Shown piece by piece: positions 33,420 through 45,018 of a stretch of 64,000 bases of DNA. Source of the DNA: an uncultured delta proteobacterium (GTDB lineage Bacteria; Myxococcota; Myxococcia; Myxococcales; Anaeromyxobacteraceae); assembly GCA_963828255.1 (NCBI GenBank), contig CAWHDZ010000034.1:32001-96000 (forward strand), written 5' to 3'. The notes below the pieces were generated by a model. It worked only from the letters and a program-made list of their open reading frames with translations, had not been told where the DNA came from and did no database searches. The position numbers were made by a program, and so were the translations under genes. Position 1 is the stretch's first letter; every line of letters starts with the position of its first letter.

Positions 33420-33448
33420 ACGCTACGTGGAGGGCTCCTCGCCGTCAA
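33420..33448 (-). promoter_or_regulatory. Sigma70-type promoter for the small lipoprotein gene
   Basis: TTGACG-N17-TAGCGT on the minus strand, just past the inner end of repeat B. Confidence 0.65.
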
Positions 33449-33461
33449 CGGGAAGCCGCGA

Positions 33462-33670
33462 GCACCCGCCCGCATCTCCCCATGAGGCGAGCTGTCCGCG
33501 GCGCCTTCGCCCCGGGCCGCCTCGCAGATCCGCTCCGTCGTGCCGGCGATGCTCGGGCTCGGCGTGACCCGGCGCCATTCACCCGAGGTGCACCACCACC
33601 CTGAGGACAAGCGTCGCGGAGAGGGGCGCCCACGCGCTGGCGGCAGACGCCCGGATGGAACGAAGGCGAA
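33462..33670 (-). repeat. Intergenic repeat arm, copy B (inverted relative to A)
   Basis: Minus strand TCGCCTTCGTTCC...CGTCTGCCGCC...CCTCTCCGCG...GGTGAATGGCGCCGGGTCA...CGAAGGCG...GCCTCATGGGGAGATGCGG. Confidence 0.88.
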
Positions 33671-33683
33671 CCGCCGACCCGCG

Positions 33684-34307
33684 TCAAGGGGGCGCTACCG
33701 GCACCGGCTCGTCGGGCAGCACGTCCGCCGGCGCGCCGTCGAGCCCGAGGCGCGCCGCGATGGCGACCTGCGCGCGGATCACGATCCCCACCAGCTCCGG
33801 CAGCGGCGTCCCCCATTCCTCCGCGCCCCGCGTGATGTAGCCGCGGTCCACCGAGCGGGCGAAGGCCTTGTCCTTCATGCGCTTCACCACCGACTCCACC
33901 GGGACGTCGGCCACCTTCTTCGACGGGCGGACCAGCGCGCAGGCGCCGACGAACCCGGAGAGCTCGTCGGCGGCCAGGATGGCCTTCTCCATCGGTGTCA
34001 CCCGCTCGATGTTCGTGTAGAAGGCGTGCGCGCCGACCGCCCGGATCACCGGTTCGGGCCAGCCCCGCTCCCGGAGGATCTCCATCCCGCGCCAGACATG
34101 GTCCGCCTCGGTCGGGAAGCGTTCGTAGTCGAAGTCGTGGAGGAGCCCCACCACGCCCCAGGTCTCGACCTCGGCCGGGTCGGCGACGCCGCGGCTCCGC
34201 GCCAGGGCCCGCATGGTGGCCTCCACCGAGAGCGCGTGGCGGCGCAGCGGCTGGGACGGGGTGAACTCGGCGAGCAGGCTCCAGGCGGCGGCGCGGTCGA
34301 ATGGCAT
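33684..34307 (-). CDS. HD/HDIG-family metal-dependent phosphohydrolase
   Basis: LRRHALSVEA..., GLLHDFDYE, AADELSGF, KRMKDKAFARSVDR. Confidence 0.9.
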   Translation of the reverse strand: MPFDRAAAWSLLAEFTPSQPLRRHALSVEATMRALARSRGVADPAEVETWGVVGLLHDFDYERFPTEADHVWRGMEILRERGWPEPVIRAVGAHAFYTNIERVTPMEKAILAADELSGFVGACALVRPSKKVADVPVESVVKRMKDKAFARSVDRGYITRGAEEWGTPLPELVGIVIRAQVAIAARLGLDGAPADVLPDEPVPVAPP

Positions 34308-34333
34308 GGCGAGTCCCGTTATAGAGTCCCGCC

Positions 34334-35332
34334 ATGATCCTCGCACCCGCAGCCCTCCTCACCCTGGCCGCCCTGGCCGCCCCTGCCGCACCCGAGGTCC
34401 CGCGCCGCCCCGTCCACACCTACTCCATCGTCGCCCGCGACCCGGCCACCGGGGATCTCGGCGTGGCGGTCCAGTCCCACTGGTTCTCGGTGGGCACCAC
34501 CGTCACCTGGGCCGAGGCCGGCGTGGGCGCCGTGGCCACCCAGTCGTTCGTGGATCCGAGCTACGGCCCGCTGGGACTCGCGATGATGCGCGCCGGGAAG
34601 AGCGCGCCTGACGCGCTCGCCGGCCTGCTCGCCGCCGACGCGGAGCGGGAGGTCCGGCAGGTGGCCATGGTGGACGCCCAGGGTCGCGTGGCCGCCCACA
34701 CCGGGAAGAAGGACATCCAGGCCGCCGGCCAGCACGTCGGGAAGAGCTACTCGGTGCAGGCGAACCTCATGGCGAACGACAAGGTCTGGCCGGCCATGGC
34801 CAGGGCCTTCGAGTCCGCCACGGGCGACCTGGCCGAGCGCATGATGGTCGCGCTCGAGGCCGCCCAGGCCGTCGGCGGGGACATCCGCGGCCAGCAGTCG
34901 GCCGCCATCATCGTGGTTCCCGGCACCCCGAGCGGCCGTCCCTGGGCCGACCGGATCTTCGACCTCCGCGTCGAGGACCACCCGAGGCCCCTCGAGGAGC
35001 TTCGCCGCCTCCTGCTGGTCGCCCGCGCCTACCGTCACATGAACGCCGGCGACCTGGCGGTCGAGAAGAAGGACGTTCCGGGAGCCGAGCGGGAGTACGG
35101 CGCGGCCATGAAGATCCTGCCCGACTCGGCCGAGGTGGTCTTCTGGTACGCCGCCGCGCTCGCGATGGCGGGAGAGGTCGATCGGTCCCTGCCGCTCTTC
35201 GCCCGGGCCTACGCCCTCGACCCGGCCTGGCGGACGCTCGTGCCCCGCCTCCCCGCCTCCGGGCTCCTCCCCGCCGATCCGGCCGTCCTCTCCCGCATCG
35301 AGAAGGCCGGCGCGCCCGGGCCCGCCCGGTAG
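34334..35332 (+). CDS. DUF1028 (Ntn-hydrolase-like) protein with signal peptide and TPR tail
   Basis: HTYSIVARDP..G.LGVAVQS, GAVATQS, GGDIRGQQSAA, DLRVEDHP. Confidence 0.88.
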   Translation: MILAPAALLTLAALAAPAAPEVPRRPVHTYSIVARDPATGDLGVAVQSHWFSVGTTVTWAEAGVGAVATQSFVDPSYGPLGLAMMRAGKSAPDALAGLLAADAEREVRQVAMVDAQGRVAAHTGKKDIQAAGQHVGKSYSVQANLMANDKVWPAMARAFESATGDLAERMMVALEAAQAVGGDIRGQQSAAIIVVPGTPSGRPWADRIFDLRVEDHPRPLEELRRLLLVARAYRHMNAGDLAVEKKDVPGAEREYGAAMKILPDSAEVVFWYAAALAMAGEVDRSLPLFARAYALDPAWRTLVPRLPASGLLPADPAVLSRIEKAGAPGPAR

Positions 35333-35386
35333 CCCCCCGGGGCATGGACTCCCGCCCCGACCCGTGCTCCAATCCGCCGCCAGACC

Positions 35387-36151
35387 ATGAATTCCAAGCT
35401 CGTTTCCGCCGCCTGGGTCGTTCTCGGCGTGGCCGTCGCCGTCCCGGCCACCGGCTGGTTCCTCTCCTCGTCGGCGCGGGAGGCCAGCCGGCTCGCCTTC
35501 CGCCCCGACGGCACGGACCTCAAGGCCACCGACGTCGACAACGCGCTGCGGGAGCTCTCGCAGAAGCTGAAGCAGGTCGAGTCCAGCCAGGCCGCCATGC
35601 AGGGGGTGGCGGTGGTGCAGGACGCGGCCATCGGGGACGTGAGGAGCCAGGTCGCCAAGGTCGCCCTGTCCGATGAGGAGGCGCAGGGGCGCCTCAAGGC
35701 GCTCGAGGGGCGCATCTCCGAGGTGGCCTCGCCGCGGCGCCGGATCGAGTACACCGACGGCAGCGAGACCTCCTCGGTGGCGGCCTCCTACGTCCTCCTG
35801 CGCAACATGGGGAGCTTCTCCAAGGCGTCGCCCCAGTCGACGGTCCTCCTCACCTGGAACACCCACGTGGACGCGGTGGGCGAGCCGGGAACCTTCTGCG
35901 ACTTCCAGCTCCGGGTCGATGGGAAGCCGGACACCGATCGGGACGGGGGAGGCGGGCGCGCCGTGGTCTACGTGCCGCCCAGCAGCACGGGCGGCTCGTC
36001 GCCTGTGACGGTCGCGGCCCTCTTCGGCCGGGTCGGCGCGGGGAGCCACACCGCCAGCGTCTGGGTGCGCGGCACGGCCCGCGAGTGCATGGAGAACTAC
36101 GGCAACTTCCCGCGCACCATCATCGCGGAAGAGGGACCGCGCGCGGAGTGA
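35387..36151 (+). CDS. Secreted/anchored coiled-coil protein with C-terminal beta-sandwich head (CTHRC1 C-domain-like)
   Basis: N-terminal hydrophobic helix, ATDVDNALREL, heptad region, then FSK....S...LTW...CDFQLRVDG...VGAGSHTASVWV...IIAEE. Confidence 0.6.
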   Translation: MNSKLVSAAWVVLGVAVAVPATGWFLSSSAREASRLAFRPDGTDLKATDVDNALRELSQKLKQVESSQAAMQGVAVVQDAAIGDVRSQVAKVALSDEEAQGRLKALEGRISEVASPRRRIEYTDGSETSSVAASYVLLRNMGSFSKASPQSTVLLTWNTHVDAVGEPGTFCDFQLRVDGKPDTDRDGGGGRAVVYVPPSSTGGSSPVTVAALFGRVGAGSHTASVWVRGTARECMENYGNFPRTIIAEEGPRAE

Positions 36152-36166
36152 CCGTCGCGCGGCGCC

Positions 36167-36541
36167 TCAGCGCCGCGCCAGCACGCCCTCGGATCGCGCG
36201 GTGAGCGCGCTGGTCCGCAAGAGCAGCGCCTGGACCTGCTCGTAGACCGCGTCGGCGTCGATGCGCTCCGGCGTCTCGATCTCGGAGATGCGCGCCAGCA
36301 GGTCGCAGACCTTGAGCAGGTGCTGGTGTGCGAGCAGGAGGTCGCGGCCCAGGCGCGCGCCCACCCGCGAGTAGATGACGCCCGACTGGAAGAGGCGGGC
36401 CAGCGCGCGCTTGTTGGCGTCGATGACCTGGCGGGTGCGGCGCTGGTAGTCCACCAGCCGGCGCGCCTCGCGGACCCGGGCCAGCTCGATGACCGGGGTC
36501 TCGCGTCGGGCGGCTCGCACCGTGACCGTCAGGATCTGCAC
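36167..36541 (-). CDS. Hypothetical helical protein
   Basis: VIELARVREARRLVDYQRR...LLLAHQHLLKV; normal codon usage; start codon uncertain. Confidence 0.65.
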   Translation of the reverse strand: MQILTVTVRAARRETPVIELARVREARRLVDYQRRTRQVIDANKRALARLFQSGVIYSRVGARLGRDLLLAHQHLLKVCDLLARISEIETPERIDADAVYEQVQALLLRTSALTARSEGVLARR

Positions 36542-36651
36542 CTCATGGCCGCATGGTAGGTGCGGGGCCGAGGCGCGGTCAACGGTTCCGGGCGCGACGC
36601 AGCGCGCCAACGTCGGTGGCGGCCTTGACTTCCGGACGGAGGCTGTTTCGA

Positions 36652-37180
36652 GGATCGCCTTCGTTCCGTCATCACGTCTGCCGCCGGGCGCTGGGATGTC
36701 CCTCTCCGCGGCGCTGGTCCTCGCGGGGATGGTTCACTTATAGTATGTGGCGTCGGGTCACGCCGCGCCAGAGCGACGCCGGTTCCCGACGCCCGCTGCG
36801 GAGGCGCCGCTATGAGGGACACCCGCGCCGGCTGAGGAAGCCCAGGCCGAAGGCGACGCGAACAGCGTGCCTCGTGGGGAGATCCGGACGGCCACGCGCG
36901 GGTGGCGCGGCTGCGTGCGACCGGTCGCCGGTGAACATCCGCGTGCCGCAGTTCCCACACGGAAGCTCCGCGGGTGGCCACTCGTCGAGCAACGGCGGCG
37001 ACTGCACCGCGGCCTGGCGGGGTCCGTCCTTCCGCCAGGCGCCCGGGGTGCCCTCGGCGCGGGTCGCCTCCGCAGCGGCGACCCGATCATTCCCCGCCTC
37101 CGCTGTACGCGCCGCGAGGACCAGCGACCCCAGCGACGAGGCGTACCCACGGGGCGCCGGCATCCGGAAGCAGACGGGCC
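36652..37180. repeat. Fold-back element C: two inverted arms around a central palindrome
   Basis: CGTCTGC 36675 / GCAGACG 37170; CGCTGGTCCTCGCGG 36712 / CCGCGAGGACCAGCG 37112; CCGCTGCGGAGGCG ~36793 / CGCCTCCGCAGCGG 37066; centre GCGACCGGTCGC 36917-36928. Confidence 0.88.
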
Positions 37181-37194
37181 GCCACGGCCCGCGT

Positions 37195-39873
<2,679 letters not shown>

Positions 39874-39928
39874 TTGTCTCGTTCTTCCGTGGGGAAGGGC
39901 TTAGATAACAGAGGGAGCCCTGGCGCGG

Positions 39929-40345
39929 CTACTGGACCGGCAGGTCCACCCGGAAGCCCCCGCGCTCCCTGACCAGCACCACGTCGGCGGTCTTCGCGCC
40001 GGGCGCCTCCACCCGCAGCACGGCCCGATCCGGCCCCACCTCCACCACCACGATCGACGTGGGGGGACGGACCGCCAGAGGTGCATCCCCCGCCAGCATG
40101 GCACGCGCGCTCGGCGGCACCACCCCGGGCGCGGCCGCCGCGGCCACCCTGGCCCGCTCGGCGAGCCGCCCCTGCGTCGCGGCCGAGAGCAGGTCCCAGG
40201 CCGCCTCCTCGTCCCGCTCGGCCATGGCCTTCACCAGCGCCCGGTAGGCGGCGTCGGGAGGGAGGTCCCGCTGGCAGGCGGGGACGGCGAGGAGGAGCGC
40301 CACCGCGAAGGGGAAGAGGTACGGCGAGGCGAGGTGGCGCTTCAT
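39929..40345 (-). CDS. Hypothetical lipoprotein (NTF2-like)
   Basis: Lipobox LAVPAC; AWDLLS...; VLVRERGGFRVD; overlaps the trmB stop. Confidence 0.7.
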   Translation of the reverse strand: MKRHLASPYLFPFAVALLLAVPACQRDLPPDAAYRALVKAMAERDEEAAWDLLSAATQGRLAERARVAAAAAPGVVPPSARAMLAGDAPLAVRPPTSIVVVEVGPDRAVLRVEAPGAKTADVVLVRERGGFRVDLPVQ

Positions 40346-40959
40346 CGGGACTCCCGGGGCCGGGCCATGCGCAGCCGCCACACCGGCTGGCCGGTGGCCA
40401 GGTAGCGCTTCTCGCGTGTGGAGGGGATCTCGTCGGGGTCGCGATCGGCGAAGCGCCCGGCCCCGAGCACGTTCTCGAAGCCGGCCTCCTCGAGCCGAAC
40501 CACGGCGTCCCGGGCGTAGCGCTCCACGTCGGTGCGGAAGTCGAGAAGCCCGCCCGGGCGCAGGAGCCGGAGGATCAAGGTGGACATCCCATCGTCCACG
40601 AGCCGCCGCCGCTCGTGCTTGCGCTTCCACCAGGGGTCGGGGAAGTGGACGTGGACCGCGGCGAGCGATCCTTCCGGAAAGATGCGCGGCGCCAGGATCC
40701 GGGCGTCGCCCATGAGGACCACCAGGTTCGAGAGCTTCCGCCCGCGGGCCTTCCCGTCGAGGTCGGCGGCGAACTTGCGCCTCTGCTCCACCGCCACGAG
40801 GACCCGGTCCGGGTGGCGGGCCCCGAAGGCCAGCGCGTACCCGCCGTGCCCCGAGCCGATCTCCAGCTCCAGGTTCTTCGCCGCCGCCCCGAGCCTGGCG
40901 GCCCAGTCGGGGTGCATGTCGAGCGCGATGGGCGCCTCGTCTCGGTCCGAAAAGATCAT
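40342..40959 (-). CDS. trmB: tRNA (guanine-N7)-methyltransferase
   Basis: LEIGSGHG, FPDPWWKRKHERRR, FRTDV..Y, STREKRY. Confidence 0.93.
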   Translation of the reverse strand: MIFSDRDEAPIALDMHPDWAARLGAAAKNLELEIGSGHGGYALAFGARHPDRVLVAVEQRRKFAADLDGKARGRKLSNLVVLMGDARILAPRIFPEGSLAAVHVHFPDPWWKRKHERRRLVDDGMSTLILRLLRPGGLLDFRTDVERYARDAVVRLEEAGFENVLGAGRFADRDPDEIPSTREKRYLATGQPVWRLRMARPRESR

Positions 40960-41003
40960 CCGCTTGAAGGTCCCCTGGCTGGATTCGGTGATAATGGGCG
41001 ACC

Positions 41004-42611
41004 ATGCGCCGCGCCCTGGCCGCCGCCCTCTGCACTTCCCTGCTCCTCGCCGGCTGCGGGCGGAAGCGCGAGTACCCGCCTCCCGACCGCTACGTCCCCG
41101 CCGACGCCTCCCTGGCGGTGCTGGTGCCCGGTGTCGGCACCGCGGCCCGGCAGGCCGGCGCACTCTACCGCACCATCGCCCAGGCGCCCCAGGCCGTGCA
41201 GCTCACCGAGGCCCACGCCGGCCTGAAGGCCCAGCTGGGATTCGACCCGCTCGACCCGCGCGGCATGGAGCAGGCGGGGGTGGATCCGGCCGGGGCGGCG
41301 GCGGCGGCGCTCGGGTCGGCCTCCCCGGCGCTGCTGGTGGTGCCGGTGCAGGACCTGGCCAAGCTGGACGCGACCCTCTCCCGCCTGGCCCGCGACCGCA
41401 TGGGGGCCACGCAGCGGGTCACCGTCCAGCTGCGCGGGGTCGAGGTGGTCACCTTCCGGCGCGAGGGCAAGGGGCCGGCCGCGCTGGCCTATGCCGCCAT
41501 CGGCCCGCACGCCCTTCTCGCCTCCGGCCCGGACGCACCCGAGACCGTGGCCGCCGCCGCCACCCTCCCCGAGGACCGCTCCCTCTGGAAGAGCCCGGCC
41601 GCGGCCCGCGCGCGCGAGGCCCTCGGCGCGGGATTCCTGGTCACCGTCCTCGCCCCGGCCGGGTCGACCGCGCTCTCCGACGTCCGCGTGGCCCGTGACG
41701 GCGCGGCGCTGGGGATCCGGGCCGAGTCGGCGCGGCTCGGGCTGAGGCTCGCGCTCCTGCTCCCCCCGGAGCGGGAGGGCTGGTGGAAGACCTTGCGCGG
41801 AGAGGGGCCCGTGGACGGCGGCGCGGCGGCGCTGGTCCCGCCCGACGCGGCCCTGGTCGTGCGCTTCGCCGGGGATCCGGCCGAGGCCACCCGGCGCCTC
41901 GAGCCCTGGTATCCACCCCAGGTGAAGAAGGCCTTCGCCGCCCAGCGGCTCGACCCGGTGACCGGCCTCGCCCCGGCCTTCGGCCCGGGCGGCGCCCTCT
42001 CCCTGGCGCTCGCCCCCACCTTCACGCTGACCGACTTCTCCTCCCCCCGCTTCGACCTGCGCCGGGTGGACCCCTTCTCCTTCGTCCACCTCGACGCGGT
42101 CCTGCCGGTGCGCGACGCCGCGGTGCTGCGCGCCTTCCTGGCCCGGCTGCAGAAGGCCGGCCCCCGCCTCTCCCTCAAGGTGGCCGCGCGCGGACCGGCC
42201 GCCGAGCCCACCGGGTGGACGCTCTCCTGGGGCAAGGCGCAGCTCGGCCTGGCCCTCTCGGGCGGGCGGCTGCTCGTCGCCGGTGGGGCGCCGCGCCTGG
42301 CCGCGCTGGAGGCCCGCCCGGCCGCGGGCCAGGGCTACGCCGCGCCAGGCCCGGCGGCGCAAGCCGCCCTCTCCTCGGGGCTCGCCGGCGCCGTCCTCGA
42401 CGTCGAGCACCTGGCCCGATCGGTCGAGGCGCTCCCCGAGGAGGCCTACGGCACCGGCCCCAACGCCGTGGTCATGCGCTCGCTGGTGAACCGCTACCTC
42501 GAGCCGGCCACGGCCCTCTCCACCGTCTCGCTGCGGCTCGAGCTTTCGCCCGGGGCCGCCCTGGTGGACCTGGACGTGGACGGCCGGAGCGAGCCGAAGC
42601 CGCGCCCGTGA
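41004..42611 (+). CDS. Large lipoprotein associated with an ABC transporter
   Basis: Lipobox LLLAGC; overlaps the ABC ATPase start. Confidence 0.75.
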   Translation: MRRALAAALCTSLLLAGCGRKREYPPPDRYVPADASLAVLVPGVGTAARQAGALYRTIAQAPQAVQLTEAHAGLKAQLGFDPLDPRGMEQAGVDPAGAAAAALGSASPALLVVPVQDLAKLDATLSRLARDRMGATQRVTVQLRGVEVVTFRREGKGPAALAYAAIGPHALLASGPDAPETVAAAATLPEDRSLWKSPAAARAREALGAGFLVTVLAPAGSTALSDVRVARDGAALGIRAESARLGLRLALLLPPEREGWWKTLRGEGPVDGGAAALVPPDAALVVRFAGDPAEATRRLEPWYPPQVKKAFAAQRLDPVTGLAPAFGPGGALSLALAPTFTLTDFSSPRFDLRRVDPFSFVHLDAVLPVRDAAVLRAFLARLQKAGPRLSLKVAARGPAAEPTGWTLSWGKAQLGLALSGGRLLVAGGAPRLAALEARPAAGQGYAAPGPAAQAALSSGLAGAVLDVEHLARSVEALPEEAYGTGPNAVVMRSLVNRYLEPATALSTVSLRLELSPGAALVDLDVDGRSEPKPRP

Positions 42612-43282
42612 TCGCGCTCCGCCACATCACGAAGCGCTTCCGGGACGGCGAGCGCCAGGTCGAGGTGCTCCGCGACCTCGCGCTCACGGTGCCGCGGGGG
42701 ACCTTCACCGCGGTGGTCGGGCCCTCCGGCTCCGGGAAGTCCACCCTGCTCTACGTCGCCGGGGCGCTCGACGCCGACTACGACGGCGAGGCGGTGGTGG
42801 CCGGCAAGGACCTGAAAGCGCTCTCCGCCCGGGAGCGGGCCGCCTTCCGGAACGGGTCGGTGGGGTTCGTCTTCCAGTCCTTCAACCTCCTGCCCTCCCT
42901 CCCCGCCATCGAGAACACCATGCTCCCGGGGCTCTTCGTGCCTCCCGGGTCACCGGCCCCCTCGCTCGGCCAGCTCCGCGGCCGCGCGCTAGAGGCGCTC
43001 GACAGGGTGGGGCTCGCCGACAAGGCGGCGCGCCTGCCCGGCCGGCTCTCGGGGGGCGAGCGGCAGCGGGTGGCCATCGCACGCGCGCTGCTGTCGCGCC
43101 CCGCCGTGCTGCTCGCCGACGAGCCCACCGGCAACCTCGACGCGGTGAGCGGCGAGGCGGTCATCCAGCTCTTCTCGGCCATGGTCCGGGACGGGGTCAC
43201 CGTGCTCGTGGTCACGCACGAGGAGCGGGTCTCGGCCGTCGCCGGCCAGGTCCTCCACCTCGAGGGAGGTCGGCTCCGGTGA
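42608..43282 (+). CDS. ABC transporter ATP-binding protein (LolD/MacB-like)
   Basis: GPSGSGKST, LSGGERQRVAIARAL, ADEPTGNLD, VTH. Confidence 0.95.
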   Translation: MIALRHITKRFRDGERQVEVLRDLALTVPRGTFTAVVGPSGSGKSTLLYVAGALDADYDGEAVVAGKDLKALSARERAAFRNGSVGFVFQSFNLLPSLPAIENTMLPGLFVPPGSPAPSLGQLRGRALEALDRVGLADKAARLPGRLSGGERQRVAIARALLSRPAVLLADEPTGNLDAVSGEAVIQLFSAMVRDGVTVLVVTHEERVSAVAGQVLHLEGGRLR

Positions 43283-44565
43283 GGCTCCGCTCCCTGGTCC
43301 ACCTGGCCTCGCTCAACCTGCGCTCCGACACGCGGGGCACGGTGGTGAACACCGCCGCGGCCTGCGTCGGGGCCGCCGCGCTGGTCTTCTTCGTGGCCCT
43401 CGGCATGGGTGTCGGGCAGGCGGCCCGTCTCATGTTCCCGGGCGACGCCCGGCTCGTCGAGGTGGTCCCCGGAGCGGTCTCGCTGGGGGCGGCCCTGGGC
43501 GGGGGCGCCCTCGACGACGCGGCGGTGGGACGGCTGCGCGAGCTGCCCGGCGTGGAGGGAGCCTGGCGCCGCCTCTCGCTGCGGGTTCCCATCGCGGCCA
43601 GCCGCGCCCCCGAGGGCGTGCGGATGAACTGGCCCGTGGGATTCACCGTCCAGGTGCCGGTGGTGGGGGTGGACGAAGGGCTGGTGGCCTCCGACCTCGC
43701 CCCGCACCAGGAGTTCCTCGATCCGCCGGCCGGCGAGGCCATCCCGGTCCTCGCCTCGCGGCGGCTGCTCGAGGTCTACAACAAGACCATCGCCCCGGCC
43801 TGGAACCTGCGCCGGCTGCCCCCTGGTCTCGACCTCGTCGGCCTGCAGATCCCGGTGCAGGTGGGCTTCTCCATCATCCCCCTGAAGACCGAGGACAAGG
43901 TGTACGACGCGCGGCTGGCCCTGGCGGGGCTCTCCGACCGCGTGCCCCTCTATTCACTGGCCGTCCCCGTCGAGACGGTGCTCAGGCTTCACAAGGAGTA
44001 CGGCAAGGCCGACGCCGGCTACAGCTCGGTGGTCCTCGAGATGCGGCGGCCCGACGACGTGCCGGGCGTGGCCGCGGCCGTCCGGCGCATGGGGTTCGCG
44101 GTGGACGAGGGAGAGCGGGCCATCGCCGAGCGCGTGGGGCTCGCCATCACCGTCACCACCGGCGCGCTGGCGCTGCTGGCGCTCCTCATGACCGCGCTGG
44201 CCGCGCTGGCCATCGCCCAGTCGCTCTCGGCCAGCGTCCGGGGGCGCACCCGGGACATCGCCATCCTCCAGTCGCTGGGCGCGACGGCCGGCGACGTCCG
44301 GGCGCTGGTGCTCGCCGAGGCCGGCCTGGTGGGTCTGGCCGGTGGCGTGGTCGGCGTGGGGATCGCCTGGCTGGCGGCCCGCGGGGTGGATGCGGCGGCC
44401 ATCGGGCTCCTGCCCGACTTCCCGTTCCGGCCGACGACCTTCTTTTTCTTCCCGCCCTGGATCTTCGCGCTGGGCGTGGGGGTCTCGGCCGCGGCGGCGC
44501 TCATCGGCGCGCTCGCCCCGGCGGCGCTGGCCGCGCGGGTCGATCCGGCCCGCGCCATCTCCTGA
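43279..44565 (+). CDS. ABC transporter permease (FtsX/MacB/LolC-like)
   Basis: One TM, periplasmic domain, then RTRDIAILQSLGA and three TM; ends PAALAARVDP. Confidence 0.9.
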   Translation: MRLRSLVHLASLNLRSDTRGTVVNTAAACVGAAALVFFVALGMGVGQAARLMFPGDARLVEVVPGAVSLGAALGGGALDDAAVGRLRELPGVEGAWRRLSLRVPIAASRAPEGVRMNWPVGFTVQVPVVGVDEGLVASDLAPHQEFLDPPAGEAIPVLASRRLLEVYNKTIAPAWNLRRLPPGLDLVGLQIPVQVGFSIIPLKTEDKVYDARLALAGLSDRVPLYSLAVPVETVLRLHKEYGKADAGYSSVVLEMRRPDDVPGVAAAVRRMGFAVDEGERAIAERVGLAITVTTGALALLALLMTALAALAIAQSLSASVRGRTRDIAILQSLGATAGDVRALVLAEAGLVGLAGGVVGVGIAWLAARGVDAAAIGLLPDFPFRPTTFFFFPPWIFALGVGVSAAAALIGALAPAALAARVDPARAIS

Positions 44566-44584
44566 CGGCGATGGCCTGGAAATG

Positions 44585-44623
44585 ACGACGGGCCGCGAGG
44601 CGCGAGGCCCCGCGACCCGTCGT
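44585..44623. terminator. Hairpin between convergent genes
   Basis: ACGACGGG...CCCGTCGT imperfect stem; no U-tract. Confidence 0.45.
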
Positions 44624-44639
44624 GGGTCGAGGCTGGCGA

Positions 44640-44897
44640 CTACTTCAGGCCGGCGACGAACTTGGCCACGGCGGCGGCGTCGTCGATCTTGACCGGCTTC
44701 ATCTTGCCGGCGCCCTCGTTGATGGCCTTCAGGGTCTTGGCCTCCGCGGTGCCCTTGATCGGGGCCTTGGCCATCGCGCTGCCCTCGCCGGCGGCGCCGT
44801 GGCACATCTTGCACTTGGCGGCGTAGGTGGCGGCGGCGTCTGCCGAGGCGGTGGTGGCGAAGGCGAGGACGAGGAGGGCGACGATGGTGCGCTTCAT
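44640..44897 (-). CDS. Small class I monoheme cytochrome c
   Basis: Signal peptide, CKMCH, distal Met in GAGKMKP. Confidence 0.92.
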   Translation of the reverse strand: MKRTIVALLVLAFATTASADAAATYAAKCKMCHGAAGEGSAMAKAPIKGTAEAKTLKAINEGAGKMKPVKIDDAAAVAKFVAGLK

Positions 44898-44987
44898 GTG
44901 GATGCTTCCTTTCGTGGAGGGTTGCTGCTCGAGCGGACGGACCGTCCCTTACGGGTATTCACGAGCGGACATCCAGATACACGATCC

Positions 44988-45007
44988 GGATGTGACAATT
45001 CAAATCC
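44988..45007. promoter_or_regulatory. Imperfect palindrome upstream of the cytochrome c gene
   Basis: GGATgTGA-caat-TCAaATCC in an AT-rich patch. Confidence 0.4.
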
Positions 45008-45018
45008 CGGGGGACAAA

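Noticed and set aside
36529..36981. Repeat arms as a conserved small protein (…RRLRPG…ALARRDP…ERRR)
   Set aside because: Starts, stops and indels differ between copies and the composition is low-complexity; the similarity is explained by the DNA repeat
36652..37180. Group II intron, tmRNA or RNase P RNA as the identity of the element
   Set aside because: I could not find a domain V, tRNA-like ends or RNase P P4 consensus by eye; a covariance-model search is still needed
39874..39928. T-box or riboswitch upstream of alaS
   Set aside because: The gap is only 55 bp and has no T-box consensus
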